Shown one piece after another: positions 1-13,058 of a DNA stretch of 64,000 nucleotides. A program made the translations under genes and the position numbers. Source of the DNA: Eimeria praecox (lineage: Eukaryota); contig OY986946.1 of the NCBI GenBank assembly GCA_963920595.1, positions 5,146,001-5,210,000 on the forward strand, given 5' to 3'. The notes under the pieces are model-generated. The model saw only the letters and a list, made by a program, of their open reading frames with translations, was not told the DNA's origin and did no database searches. Numbering within the stretch: the first letter of the stretch is position 1; each line of letters starts with the position of its first letter.

Positions 1-172
1 GCTGCTGCTGTAGGAGCTGCAGCAGCAGCAGCAGCAGCAGCAGCAGCTGCTGCTGCTGCAAGAGCTGAGGGAGGGGCCGCACGAGTGAATAAGGCCTGCC
101 CTGTTAACAAGTAGAAAGCACTCCACCCGAAGCACCAACTATCTACGCGAGACGCCAGGTAGGGGAGCCCCC

Positions 173-262
<90 letters not shown>

Positions 263-558
263 CCTCTGAAGGAAAGCTCTCAGGGGGGCGGAAGGCCTTG
301 CCAAAGCTCCCTGTGTATGGCGTGAGCTCCTCCTCTGCGCCAGGGCAGCAGCACTGAAGCCAACAGTCTCCTGCTGCTGTTGCTGCTGCTCCTGCTGCTG
401 CTGCTGCTGCTGTTGTTGTTGCTGCTGTTGCTGCTGCTGCACCGCAGCAGCAGGTAGGAGAAGGCTTCACACGGAAGCAAACTGCCTGTCCTGGATCGCA
501 TATCTTGACGACGACTTCCCAGCTCTCATCAGGGAGACGCTCCTCATCTTGCTGCAGC

Positions 559-612
<54 letters not shown>

Positions 613-771
613 CTGCTGCTTGCTGCTGGTGGTGAGAGGAAAAGGAGACAGTTTTCTAGACTGAAGTCCTGTACAGCTATGCCACGACGATGTAAGGAAC
701 AGAGACCGAGAAGAGCTTGAAAGAGGAGACGGCGCCCCACACCCTCGGAGACACCTCCGCAACTCTCTTCC

Positions 772-819
<48 letters not shown>

Positions 820-1311
820 TGGCTGCTGCTGCTGCTGGTGGTTGTCGTGTGGTTGTTGGTGTTGTTGTTGCTGCTGCTGCTGCAGGAGGAGGAAAGAGTT
901 GAGTCATTGTCCTTGCTGTTCGATCGGGAGCCGCTGCTGCTGCTGCTGCTGCTGCTGTTGCTGCTGTTGCTGCTGCTGCTGCTGCTGCCTGCGGGCTTGT
1001 CTGCTGCTGTAAAGGGACTGAGTGCAGCAGACGCAGCACGACGAATGTTGAGGGGCAGGGCCCCAGCAACAGCACTAGCGATGGCTCCACCTGCTGCAGA
1101 CAGCGCAGCAGCAGCAGCAGCTGCTGCTGCAGCTGCTGCTGCTGGTGACGGGGATCGTAGTCTCCGTGGGGCTGCATGCGGAGCAGCAGCAGCAGCAAGC
1201 TGCAGCAGCTCCAACATGTCTCCTCCATGAGCCCAGCGGGAAGAAAGAAAATAATATTTCTCGTCTTCGAAGACCTGTATAAACACAGCAGCAAAGTACG
1301 TTGTCAAAGAC

Positions 1312-1354
<43 letters not shown>

Positions 1355-1495
1355 ATTGCTGCTGTTGAGGATAATGCTAGAGATGCATGCACAGAGGAAG
1401 CAGCAGTCAGCAGCAGCCTAAGCAGTCGCTGCAGCAGCCCTCGCAGCAGCAGACACAGCCAGCAGCAAGCAGAGCGCGCACAGCAGCAGCAACAG

Positions 1496-1532
<37 letters not shown>

Positions 1533-1865
1533 AGCAGCAGCAACAGCAGCAGCAGCAGCAGCATACCTCGAGGAGTGAGTGGACGTGTGGGAGGCCCTGC
1601 ATGCATTCAGAGAAGAAGACCTCAGCTAGCGGCGTCTCGGGGACGAGATGCAGCAACGCATGCAGCTCTTTGTCTCGATATGTTGCTGCTGCTGCTGTTG
1701 TTGCTGCTGTTGCTGCTGCTGTTGCTGCTGCTTCTTTAGAGACTGGCCTGCCCTCTGCTGCTGCTTGTGCTTGTTCGAGTTGAAGCCGCACCAGCTTCTT
1801 CTCCACTGCTTTGACTGCTACACGCACGAACTGCTGTCTGCTGCTGCTGCTGCTGCTGTTGCTGC

Positions 1866-1897
<32 letters not shown>

Positions 1898-2042
1898 TTA
1901 AGCAGCAGCAAACCTTCATACAAGGGGCCGAAGAGGGTCTTCTGGTGTATACGCAGCAGCACATAACGGCTGCCGGCAGGTGAAAGGAGACACTCAAAAC
2001 CCTCGGACTCGATGCTGCCTGCTGTCTTCCCCCGACTAGCGT

Positions 2043-2091
<49 letters not shown>

Positions 2092-2197
2092 ACGATTGCT
2101 TCCAGCAGCAGAGGCCTCTGCAGCGCTGGGGCTGCGGCGATTTCGCCTGAAGTGAGGAGACAGCGACAGCGCAGGTGGCAAGACAAGCCGGTTCTGC

Positions 2198-2248
<51 letters not shown>

Positions 2249-2554
2249 CGTTGTTGCTGCTGCTGAAGAGTCCCGCTGCTGCACGGCGGCCCCCCTGGAA
2301 GGAGTGGGGGCTTTGAGTGTATCGTATCAGCTGCTGCTGCAGCTGCTGCTGCTCTTATTGTAGGTGTTGCTGTTGCTGCTGCTGAGGTTGCTGCTGCATG
2401 CGCTGCTGCAGCTGCTGCAGCAGTTGCTGTAGAGAACTGCTGCTGCAGCTGCGGCATTTGTTGTAGGGCTGCTTCTTCTGGAGGCTTTCTTATGTGCTGC
2501 TGTCTCCACGCTGAACCTTCTAGCTGTGTCTCCTCATAGCTGTGGGGAGATCGC

Positions 2555-2587
<33 letters not shown>

Positions 2588-2601
2588 CAGGTTGCTGGTT
2601 T

Positions 2602-2663
<62 letters not shown>

Positions 2664-2917
2664 CCGTTGTTGTTGGCGGCAAACTGCGGCGCATGCAACC
2701 AGAAGCAGCAGCTTCCACAGAGAGGGCAGAACACCTGAGACTATGCTGCTGCAGCAGCTGTCGTTGCTGCTGCTGCTGCTTCTGTTGTTGCTGCTGCAGC
2801 AGCAGCTGCTGCTGCAGCAGCTGCTGCACCTGTCTACTTGCCATGGAGCTGCAATTGATGGAGGGAGACATTAATTTGGTTTGCTGCCGACAAGGACTCT
2901 CTGCAGCTCTTGTCTTC

Positions 2918-2958
<41 letters not shown>

Positions 2959-3263
2959 ACTTGCTGCTGCACTTGCTGCTGGGTTTGCTGCAGCAGCTGA
3001 GATTTTATTTGCTGCTTCTGCTATTGTCGGGCTGTTTCTTGCTTGGTAGGAAGAAAAAGAGGAAGGCTTTACCAAGTGCTGCTGCTGCTGTTGCTGCTGC
3101 TGCTGTTGCTGCTGCTGCACTTGCTGCTGCTGCTGCTGCTGCTGCGGGTTCTGCCTCAGAGAAGCACAAAGAGAGTGTTGAGAGCTGCAGCGTATTTGAG
3201 ACCGTCGAAGGAGACAAGGCTTTAGAGGATACACGGGTATACTAGGAATATCTTCTCCTATGA

Positions 3264-3353
<90 letters not shown>

Positions 3354-3566
3354 CCTGATGTTGCTGGTGTTGTTGGGTTTGCATAGAAAAGCTTTCGGGG
3401 ATGCTGCTTCTACTTAAGGGTTTCAATCGAGCCCTCTCGTCGAGCTGCTGCTGCTGCTGCTGCTGCTGCTGGTTTTGTTGCTGCTGCTGTAAGACAGGCG
3501 GCTTGGGGATGGCGGAGCAAGCTGCTGCTGCTGCATCACCATGGAATGCCTTCATACAGACTGAGC

Positions 3567-3601
<35 letters not shown>

Positions 3602-3650
3602 GCTGCAAACGCAGGCACAAGGCGTGCGTGGAAGTCTTGATGTTGCTGCA

Positions 3651-3685
<35 letters not shown>

Positions 3686-3726
3686 AGCTGCAGCAGCAGC
3701 TGCTGCTGCTGCGTTGGAGGGTCCAT
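1..3726 (-). CDS. Atypical Ser/Thr protein kinase (CAMK-like, non-RD) with long polyQ/polyA N-terminus; 3' end lies beyond the window start
   Basis: Exons 3726..1567 and 1274..<1 (intron 1566..1275, GAG|GTATGC..TACAG|GTC, phase 0). Spliced translation gives ordered kinase subdomains: YVLLRIHQKTLFGPLYEG, VRVAVKAVEK, ETPLAEVFF, HVHSLLE|VFEDEKYYFL..GGDMLELL, LHRRGIAVQDFSLENCLL, VKICDPGQ, GSFGKAFRPPE, VDSWCFGWSAFYLLTGQALF. Exon 2 is open to position 1. Start codon not confirmed. Confidence 0.88.
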
Positions 3727-3799
3727 GGAAACGGCGGGGGAAGACAGTATATCGGGGTCACCTGCAGCAGCAGAAGGGAGGCTTACAGATGAAGGGGTG

Positions 3800-3830
<31 letters not shown>

Positions 3831-3959
3831 ACGCTGCTGCTGCAGCAACAGCAACTGCTGCTGCTGGTTCTATGGGCAGAAGAGGGGAGTAACGAAGCCT
3901 TCAACGGTAGAGCACATGCTGCTGCCGCTAGCGCAGCCGACTGCGCTCCGTGCTGCTGC

Positions 3960-3997
<38 letters not shown>

Positions 3998-4332
3998 CAG
4001 GGCATGATCTACTATGAAGTCTTCGTCTTTGAAATTGAAGAAGCAGCAAGAAGATAATTTTGTTTGCTGCTGTTCGCTAGCGGCTGGTCGCTGTGGCTGC
4101 TGCTGCTGCAGCAGCAGCAGCAGCAGCAGCAGTGCAGCCAGCTATCGATGCTGCAGCAGCAGCAGCAGCAGCAGCAGCAGCTACTAGACTTCAGATACGT
4201 CTAAACAGAAGCAGAAAAGAGAGATAAACAGCAAATAGAGATAAGCAGAAGATGAAGAGGACAGATGGATCTAGATCTTGCAAGGAGCAGCAGAGACAGC
4301 AGATGCACAGGGCACAGCAGACGCAGCGGCCT

Positions 4333-4393
<61 letters not shown>

Positions 4394-4519
4394 GCTGCAG
4401 TTCATGCTGTTGTTATCGCAGCTTCTACTCCTTCTTACTCGCTGGCATCAGAAGTTAGTTAAATAACAATCTGAGGTATATGCAGCAGAAAATCTACTGT
4501 CTCCTTATGGAGGGGCGAA

Positions 4520-4572
<53 letters not shown>

Positions 4573-4682
4573 GCAGCAGTTGTCAGTTGTCTCGGCGGCT
4601 GCAGCCGCCAGAACACACCTCGAATGTGAAATCAGGTAAGTAGCCCCCAACTATATTTTGATTCCTTTAGAATAAGAGAGTC

Positions 4683-4936
4683 TAGGGTTTAGGGTTTAGG
4701 GTTTAGGGTTTAGGGTTTAGGGTTTAGGGTTTAGGGTTTAGGGTTTAGGGTTTAGGGTTTAGGGCATCAGTCGCGTCGAGCGATTGCTTCGATCATCAGC
4801 ATCCATCATCGTCTCGTGTGTCTAAAGTAGTATAGGGGAAAGGGTTAAGGGTTAAGGGTTTAGGGTTTAGGGTTAAGGGTTTAGAGTTTAGGGTTTAGGG
4901 TTTAGAGTTTAGGGTTTAAGGTTTAGGGTTTAGGGT
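4683..4936 (+). repeat. Interstitial telomere-like (TTTAGGG)n, two blocks; the second has variant units
   Basis: Direct reading: array at ~4683-4762 and a degenerate array (GGGTTAA, GAGTTTA variants) at ~4842-4936. Confidence 0.95.
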
Positions 4937-5699
4937 TCTTCGAAGCCCCCGGATAGCTGCCACTGCTGCTGCTGCTGCTCTGCATATGAATTCACCAAAT
5001 CCCCCTTCTATGTACAAGGACTAGCAGCTGCAGCAGCAGCTGCTGCTGCAGTAGCAGCTGCAGCAGCAGGAGCAGCAGCAGGAGCAGCAGCAGGAGCAGC
5101 AGCAGGAACCGCAGCAGCAGCTGGAGCAGCTGCAGATGCGGCAGCTGCTGCAGCGGCAGCTGCAACAGGCGTTATTATTATTATTACTCTCCTGCTGCAG
5201 CTGCTGTCGTCCCACAGCCGGGCCTGCCAATCAATTAGAATGCGGCTTCGTTTGTTGCTGCTGCTGCTCTATTTGCTGCTGCAGCTGCGGCTGAGCTGCA
5301 GCGGGGAGAGCTAGGCTGCTGCAGCACACTCTGGTAGGAGAGAGAGAGAGAGAGAGGGAGCCTGAAAAGCTAGAGCAGCAGACGCGTAGCTTTATGTTGG
5401 GGTGTATGGTCATCTAGCAACTAACAATGGAGGCCTCCCCCTCCAGTAGCAGTAGCATGCAGGAAGAGGTGAAGAGACAACGATATGAACAGAGTTGATG
5501 TAGAGAGAGAGAGACAGAGAGAGACAGAGAGAGACAGAGGGAGAGAGACAGAGACAGAGGGAGAGAGAGAAGGAGAGACAGAGGACTCAGACAAAGAAAG
5601 AGGGAGAGGGAATGTGCTGATGCTGCTGCTTCTATTGCTGCTGCTGTCTCCAGGACCACACATCTATAGTCTGAGCCTATCCAACCTCTTTACTGTACT

Positions 5700-7700
5700 G
5701 TCTACAGTACAAGTCTGTTAATAGCTATCTGTAATGTTTTGATTGTAAGCACAGCACAAGCAAAGAAAGATTAGCTAAGCCACAGCTTCAACACACCCGC
5801 GTGTAGGATTCTGTCGTAGGGAGATCATCTAAAGCTAGTTTTATATATTAAGGTAGGAGTAGAAGCCCCATTTTAATTGAATCTGCATGCTATGCTCACA
5901 GTATTATCTAGCAGCAAATACTATCAACTTTTTTGAATCGTGTCTTGTCTACTATCGATTAAATAGAGTCGAAGAGACTGCAGAGAAATTACTTCTCTCG
6001 CCATAGCTTCAGATATCATATCCTCTGTATAGCCTTTCCTTAACCCTTTATATAAGGATTTGAGGGAGCACAGCCTTTACCTGAGGGAGATCTTCAGGTG
6101 TAGCTCTCAACACTTTCGTCTTCGTCACTCATCCGTATGTTGCGTGTGCCCTCATCGAGTTGTTTGTTTCCTTAGCGGGACCCCACACAGTTTTTGATTC
6201 TGTACTTTCTTCTCTCTCTCCTACTTGGCTCTAAGATTGAATTGTGTGACATTGTTTATTGCAAAAGAAACAGATACTTCTCTCCGTCCTTTCCCTCTGA
6301 TTGTGTGAGTGTAGAATTAGATAGATTGAGAGAGAGAGAGATCTTATCTGTCTTCGCTTCTTCTCTCTTTCAGGAGAAGCTAACATAACAGCCCCCATTT
6401 CCCTACGTTTGTATTTAGAGCATTCCCAAATCACTTCTCTTGATTCTAAGCTGAGACGGAGGAGTCTTCAGCTTCCTTCAGCTTCGTTGTTAACGAAGCC
6501 ACGTCATGTAGGCGGCTACCATGTTATCGACTGTCTCCTTTTGCTTAGATATCTATTCTATGAAATGTTGATTTAGGCTCTCAGATTTCTTCGTTGGACG
6601 TACGTACACCGAGAAGTTATACTTCTCTATGTAGCGCTTTATTCGTATCTACCCTCCTACAAATTTTCTCTGTGAGGGGAAGTTGAGACAAGCCAACTTC
6701 TCCTCACATTTCGATAAACTTATACTGTCAAGATGATCTCCAAGGAAGCGGCATTCTTGTTTAGATATAAACACTATTGCTTTGCCTCCTCTCTTAATAA
6801 AGAGACTGTTCATAGCAACTATAGCTCCTGAGAGGCAATTTCAATAAAAAAAAAGGTACTCGCCCACACAATGAAGGAATTCCTTCATTACTCCCACATC
6901 ACACATCAAGGGCCCCGCTAGAACATCTTCACAATTGTCAAAGGGGGAGGCCCTCTCCATAAATTGTCTCCGCGGTGAAAGTACTTCCCTGCGAACGAGC
7001 TGCTGATAGTGGTCTCCTTTCAGTGCGGCGAGTGCCCCTGTTGTTTGCTGTCTCTCTGTCTCTCCAATAAAAGACAGAGCCTAATTAATATGATCAAACC
7101 GAGCTTTAGGCAAAGAGTTGAGGGAGGCTACTTAAACACTCTCCCGCTAGATTTGTTGTTGAAAAAAGAAAGCCTTCACGATTTCAAAGTATTCTACACC
7201 AGGCATACAAGCTGTGGGGCTGTAGCTCGGCACTTGCGCCTGTCCCTCAAAAGCATGCGGCGACGCCAGGTGTAACGAGAGTCCCCTTTATAATTTGAGG
7301 AATGTCTTGAGCGGTAACAGAGTCAAAACACCAGAGAGACGAGTCCCCACAGAGAAGTTGTCTCCGACCATCCTGCAGTCGGCAGCACAAGAACCTGTGG
7401 CCTTCGCTGGGGGGGAAGGGGGGGGAGGGGGGGAGGTGGCCTGAGAGGAGCCGTTGCTGCATCAGCTGCTGCGGTGCAGCCCCAACCGCAAGTATTTTCA
7501 TGTTGTGCCTTGTTGCATGCTTTAGACTGTCTTTAAACACTTTGCTTGGCTGTCATGCAACTTGCCCTCACAAAAGTACAAACACAGGTAGAAACATATA
7601 TGTACAAATAGCAGAGAGAGAGCATGTTGCAGCTGCTGAAGCAGAAGACATCCTTGCTGCTGCTTCGTTCAGTCCTCTGTCTTATTGCTGTCTCCAAGTG
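5700..7700 (-). pseudogene. Repeat-free island, possible decayed coding sequence of unknown family
   Basis: Almost no CAG/TTTAGGG repeats over ~2 kb. One minus frame (7380..6481) reads ~300 codons with only about 8 scattered stops. No family motif recognised. Confidence 0.25.
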
Positions 7701-7741
7701 TGTCTGAATCTGGCATAGTGTGTCTTTGGGTAGATACCGCC

Positions 7742-7777
<36 letters not shown>

Positions 7778-8848
7778 ATTGTTTGTGTCATTACCATTAC
7801 AATACATTATACTAATGTATTGTATTGTAATACATTACTGCTGGTGCTACTGCAACAGCAGTAGCACCAGCAGCTGCAGCAGCTGGTGCTACTGCTGTTG
7901 CTTGCTCTGGTGCTGCTACATCTGCCTTTTCTGATTCCTTTGGCCCTCCCCATCCCACCCACCTGAGGCGTGTGTACACCTCGTTAGTTGCTTCTCTCTT
8001 TTCAGCCCCTCTGTCTGTTTGTCTTCTTCTGTTTTCTCCTCGTATCGTTCTTATCCCCTCCTCTGTTTCTTTGTTTCTGTCTCTACATCTTTTCCTTTGT
8101 CCGTGCTTTCTTCTCCCTAATTCTTTTGTATAATCCTTTGTGTCTCCTTCTCCTCCTGTCTCCTTTTGTATCCACAACAAATATTTGCTAAGACAGATAT
8201 CTATCACTGATACAAAGAGCGATACAAACACAACAGTGAAGTCTTCTTCTGTAAGGCTTCACACTGTCTGTATTAAGTTGTGTTTGTTTGTCTCCCTTCC
8301 TCTCGCCCCTGCTGCCTTCGAGTGTACGCCATCTCCTCTTTTCTTTTTGATTCTGTGTCTCTATCTGCCTGTTCGCCCTTCTTCTTTTCTCTTTACATTC
8401 TCGTGCTTCTTTGCTAGTCTGTCTCCTTTTGTCTGTGTCTCCTCTTGTCTCTTCACTCGTCTCTCTGCACTCTGTCCCCTCCTGTCTTCAAATTAGTCTG
8501 TCTCCGTGCATGCTCCTTGCTAGGGTCTCCTTCCTCTCTGTCCCCCTCCCTGTCTCCCTGTGCCGCCCGCCTCCCTACGTCTCCCCCTGTCTCTTTCTTT
8601 GTATATTCTCATCTATGTGTCGCTCTGTTTATCGCTGTCTCTCTGCTAGGGTCTCCCCTTATATCTATCTGTCTCCTCCTTTCTCTACATCTCTGTGTCT
8701 CCTGCTACTTCTATCTATCTCCCCTCTATCGTCTCTACTAAACACTACCCTCCTATCTACTGAAGACAGAGACACTAAAAGACAGACAGACAGAAGAACC
8801 TAACACTCTCGCCTGCGTCATTATATTTACGGTTTAGTGTGTAGAGTT

Positions 8849-9058
8849 CAGGGTTTAGGGTTTAGGGTTTAGGGTTTAGGGTTTAGGGTTTAGGGTTTAG
8901 GGTTTAGGGTTTAGGGTTTAGGGTTCGTCTTTGTCGATGTGAGAGGCACACCCTGTATATACAGTCAAGAGCCCCACAGCAGTTTGTATTTTGTCTCGTT
9001 ACCTCGGGCTTTATATATAAACCCTAAACCCTAAACCCTAAACCCTAAACCCTAAACC
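8849..9058. repeat. Inverted pair of telomere-like arrays: (TTTAGGG)n, ~95-bp spacer, then (CCCTAAA)n
   Basis: TTTAGGG array at 8849-8923 and CCCTAAA array at 9019-9058, read directly. Confidence 0.93.
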
Positions 9059-9302
9059 CCAGAGGAGAGCAATCTTCAGTGTTTGCTGAGGGCCTCCTGC
9101 TGCAGGGCACGGCGGGGCCCTCAGCTGCTGCGGTTATACTGTGTGTCTTGTAGATGTTCGGGTGTACATACACCTCAAAATCTTCTTCTAATTTATTATT
9201 TTCTCTCTAAACTTTAATAAATATACATAGATAAATCGTTGGGGGCCCATCCTCTCCCTCTCTCCTCTTCCCGCTGCTGCAGGGGGCCCCCCAGCAGCGG
9301 GT

Positions 9303-9336
<34 letters not shown>

Positions 9337-9415
9337 ATTGCTGCTGCTGCTGTTGCTGCTGGAGCTTGTCAGCTAGTGCTGGGATCGCCCGATCCCAACT
9401 CCAATTTAGCGGGAT

Positions 9416-9759
9416 ATGCTGCACGGGTCTCTCGGGCCGCGTGTGCGGCTGCTGCTGCAGCAGCAGTTGCTGCTGTTGCTGCTGCTGCTGCTGTTGCTGC
9501 TGCAGCAGCAGAAGGGCAGCTGCCGTGTCCTCGTTAGCTCTGGTGGTGTCTCCTCTGCTACTTTAGACAGGGCTTCAGCACCAACAGCAGCAACAGCAGC
9601 AAAAGCAACAACAGCAGCAGCAGCAGCAGTGAAGCCAGCAGCAGCAGCAGCAGCAGCAGCAGGAAACAGCATCGGGAGCATACTCTCCCCGTGTCTTACA
9701 GATAAATGTTTATCTTCTGCAGCATTAGACGAAGAAACAGCAGCAGCAGCAGCAGCAGG

Positions 9760-9793
<34 letters not shown>

Positions 9794-9870
9794 GAATCAA
9801 GCAGCAGGTTAGAGCATCGCGGTTTGTCTTGTTTAGGTTTTATAAGTAGATGGCGGCGGTCAGCACATCT

Positions 9871-9903
<33 letters not shown>

Positions 9904-10024
9904 TAAATATTTGAAGGGTTTAAGAAGCGCTTGGAGGCGAGTCTGTGGGGTGTATAGGGAGATCCCTTTAATAACACGTTGCTGGGTTACAGGATCGTTG
10001 CTGCTGTCTCTTGCTACTACAGCT

Positions 10025-10073
<49 letters not shown>

Positions 10074-10260
10074 GCAGGAAGGCGTTGCTGCCCTTAGAAG
10101 CTATCTGCATGCATGGGGGGCGTGTGCTGCGAAGCTTTGAGCTGTGGAGAGTAATGACAGCAGCTCTGTATCAAGGAGGTGTCTCCTTGGGGACAGTCTC
10201 TAGAATATATACAACTTATGGTTTGCTGCGGCAGCTAGAAGGAGAGGAGAGACAGGCCTT

Positions 10261-10302
<42 letters not shown>

Positions 10303-11055
10303 CATGAAACGCGATAGTTTATCCCCTCGTCGGCGTCTGTTGCTGCAGCAGCAGCAGCAGCAGCAGCAATATCTGCTGCAGCAGCAACGATTGCTTCAGA
10401 AGCTATTTCGGAATCCACAAGATTTTGCTGCTGCAGCAGCAGCAGCAGCAGCAAGCGCACATCTCTTCCAGTTTCTGCTGCTGCAGTGTCTCCTTCTAGC
10501 AGCAGCAAGTAGTGTTTTAAATATACCTTTCTATGGCTCGTCTCTTGCTGCTGCTGCTGTCTATACACTCAGTAAATATAAACCCGAAGCAGAAGTAGAA
10601 CTTATGTTAGGGATACGAATGCAGCAGAAGCTTCTCCCCTTCGCTCTTGCTGCTGTAGATGTGCTGCAGCAGCAGCAACTTACTGCTGCTGTCCCTGTGC
10701 TGCTAGGTATAGCTACAGGCCATATCTTCTATCTTATTAAGAAAGTAAGGAAAGATAATTATTATTATAGGAAACACACACATGAGAGATTTGTTGTTTA
10801 TAGAGGGGTTAGGGGTTAGGGTTAGGGTTTAGGGTTTAGGGTTTAGGGTTTGGGGTTAGCACTACTACACTTTACACTTGAGAAGATTTGTGTCTCTTCA
10901 ATTGGTGGTCTAGGGTTTAGGGTTTAGGGTTTAGGGTTTAGGGTTTAGGGTTTAGGGTTTGAGGTGTATGCGCAGGTGTTGCCTGAGAAGACGGGGATAC
11001 AGCTACTGCCTTTCCCTCTCTTTACATATCGTATGCTGCTGCAGCAACGAGCCCG

Positions 11056-11088
<33 letters not shown>

Positions 11089-11119
11089 TTCTCCAGGATT
11101 CAGCAGCAAATACCTCTAG
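9416..11119 (+). CDS. DER1: Derlin (Der1-like, rhomboid pseudoprotease) with long N-terminal leader; probable apicoplast Der1
   Basis: Exons 9416..10744 and 10976..11119 (AAA|GTAAGG..CGCAG|GTG, phase 0; TTTAGGG arrays in the intron); ~490 aa. Derlin motifs: EIPLITRCW, FELWRVMTAALY (WR motif), FYGSSLAAAAVYTLSK, LLPFAL, LLGIATGHIFYLIKK|VLPEKTGIQLLPFP. About 180-aa leader starts with a polyL hydrophobic stretch; apicoplast targeting is inference. Confidence 0.9.
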
Positions 11120-11528
11120 GCCGTCCTGCCGCAGCAGCAGCAGCAGCAGCAACGACAGTCACAGCAGCAGCAGCTGCTGCAGCAACAGCAGCCGCAACAC
11201 CAGCAACAGCAGCAGTGGCAGCGGCAGCAACAGCCGCAACAGCGGCAACAGCAACAGCAACAGCAGCAGCAGCAGCAGCAGCACAGAGTCTGTGCTGCTG
11301 CAGTGTTTGCTTCAGCAGCTAGCAGCAGAAAGCGTATGTGTGTTGATATGTCGAGCAGCAGCGGGGGAGCTGCGTATACACCTGAGCTGTTGTTGCTTCT
11401 TTGTGTTTTGTTTTTGTCGTTAATACATAATTAGTATATATACACATTAACATGTTGTAGGGGGGAGCAGCAGGAGAGTGTTGAGGTGTATATACACCTT
11501 AGCGCCTCCAGCAGCCAATAGCCAGAGG

Positions 11529-11577
<49 letters not shown>

Positions 11578-12125
11578 CTGCTGCTGCCGCTGAGGTGTAC
11601 AGGCAGATGCCTGTGGCTGACTTCCCTGGGGAGCCGCAGCAGCAGCAACTAGCTACTTGTAGCAGCAGCAGCAGCAGCAGCAGCAGCATCTGCTGCTGCT
11701 GCTGCTGCTGCTGCTGCAAGTGTTTGTGCATAGTAAGAGAGAAGATGTGTGCTGCGTATACACCTGAGGAGGAGGCGATGCTGCGTATACGCCGCAGCTC
11801 CATCAACTGAAGCAGAAGATATATTTAGCTTGACAACAAAACAATTTAAAACACTCTTTCGACTTCAATATCGAGGGTTTAGGGTTTAGGGTTTAGGGTT
11901 TAGGGTTTAGGGTTTAGGGTTTATGCTATGGCCGCATGCACTCCACCGCAGCGGGAGGCAGCAGCAGCAGCAGCAGAGCACAAGCAGACTGTTGCTGTGT
12001 TGTTGATTTGGGGTGTACGTACAGCTCGAATATAAATTATTTGTTTATTTTACTTTCATAATTATCTAGAAGGAAGGAGAAGCAGCAAACACTCTTGCTG
12101 CTCTTCTGTATATTTGCACTGAGCT

Positions 12126-12173
<48 letters not shown>

Positions 12174-12261
12174 CTGCTGAAACTAGCCTTAGAATAGAGT
12201 TAGCTGAGGAGTTTTATTTTTTTATAAAATATATTAAAAGAGTTAGCTGCTCCAGATCTTA

Positions 12262-12323
<62 letters not shown>

Positions 12324-12437
12324 CAGCTGTTGAGGCTGCTCCACGCACACTGCTGCGGCTTCTTTGACTTTCTTTCTCAGCTGCAGCAAAGGAGGCGAAT
12401 CTTTGCTGCAGGCCTCTTGGTATTTGCTGCTGCAGCC

Positions 12438-12474
<37 letters not shown>

Positions 12475-12692
12475 CTGTCAATGAGTGCTGCTGCTGCTGC
12501 TGCAGTCGCTGCTGCATCTTCTTCAAATTGATTTGAGCTGCCTATACACCCCAGCCTTGCGGGTTTCCTGTAGTATATTACATATCTCTCTCTCAGCTGC
12601 AACAGGGAAGGCGGAGCAGCAGCAGAAAGAACAGCAGCAGCAACAAGACCAGCAGCAGCAGCAGCAGAAACAGCAGCAGCAGCAGCAGCAGG

Positions 12693-12883
12693 ATGTCGGA
12701 GGCTGAGGCTGCTTTTGAGGAGAATGCGGTGTCTACGGAGGAGGTAGAAGACCAGACCACCGGTGGGGGAGGAGATAGCGCTGCTGCTGCTGAAGCAGCA
12801 GCAGCAGCAGCAGCAGAAGCAGCAGAAGCAGCAGAAGCAGAAGCAGCAGCAGCAGAAACAGAAGCAGCAGAAGCAGAAGCAGA

Positions 12884-12914
<31 letters not shown>

Positions 12915-13017
12915 GAAGCTGCAGCAGAAGAGGCAACAGAAGCAGCAGAAGCAGCAGAAGAATCCGCTGCTGCTGCAGCAGCAGAAGAAGAAGAAGCAGA
13001 AGCAGAAGCTGAAATAG

Positions 13018-13058
<41 letters not shown>

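Noticed and set aside
6480..6900. Reverse transcriptase similarity (KEFLHCVGEY, CRFLGDHL)
   Set aside because: Only superficial, in the wrong order for an RT, with no YxDD and no LTRs seen. Not called a mobile element.
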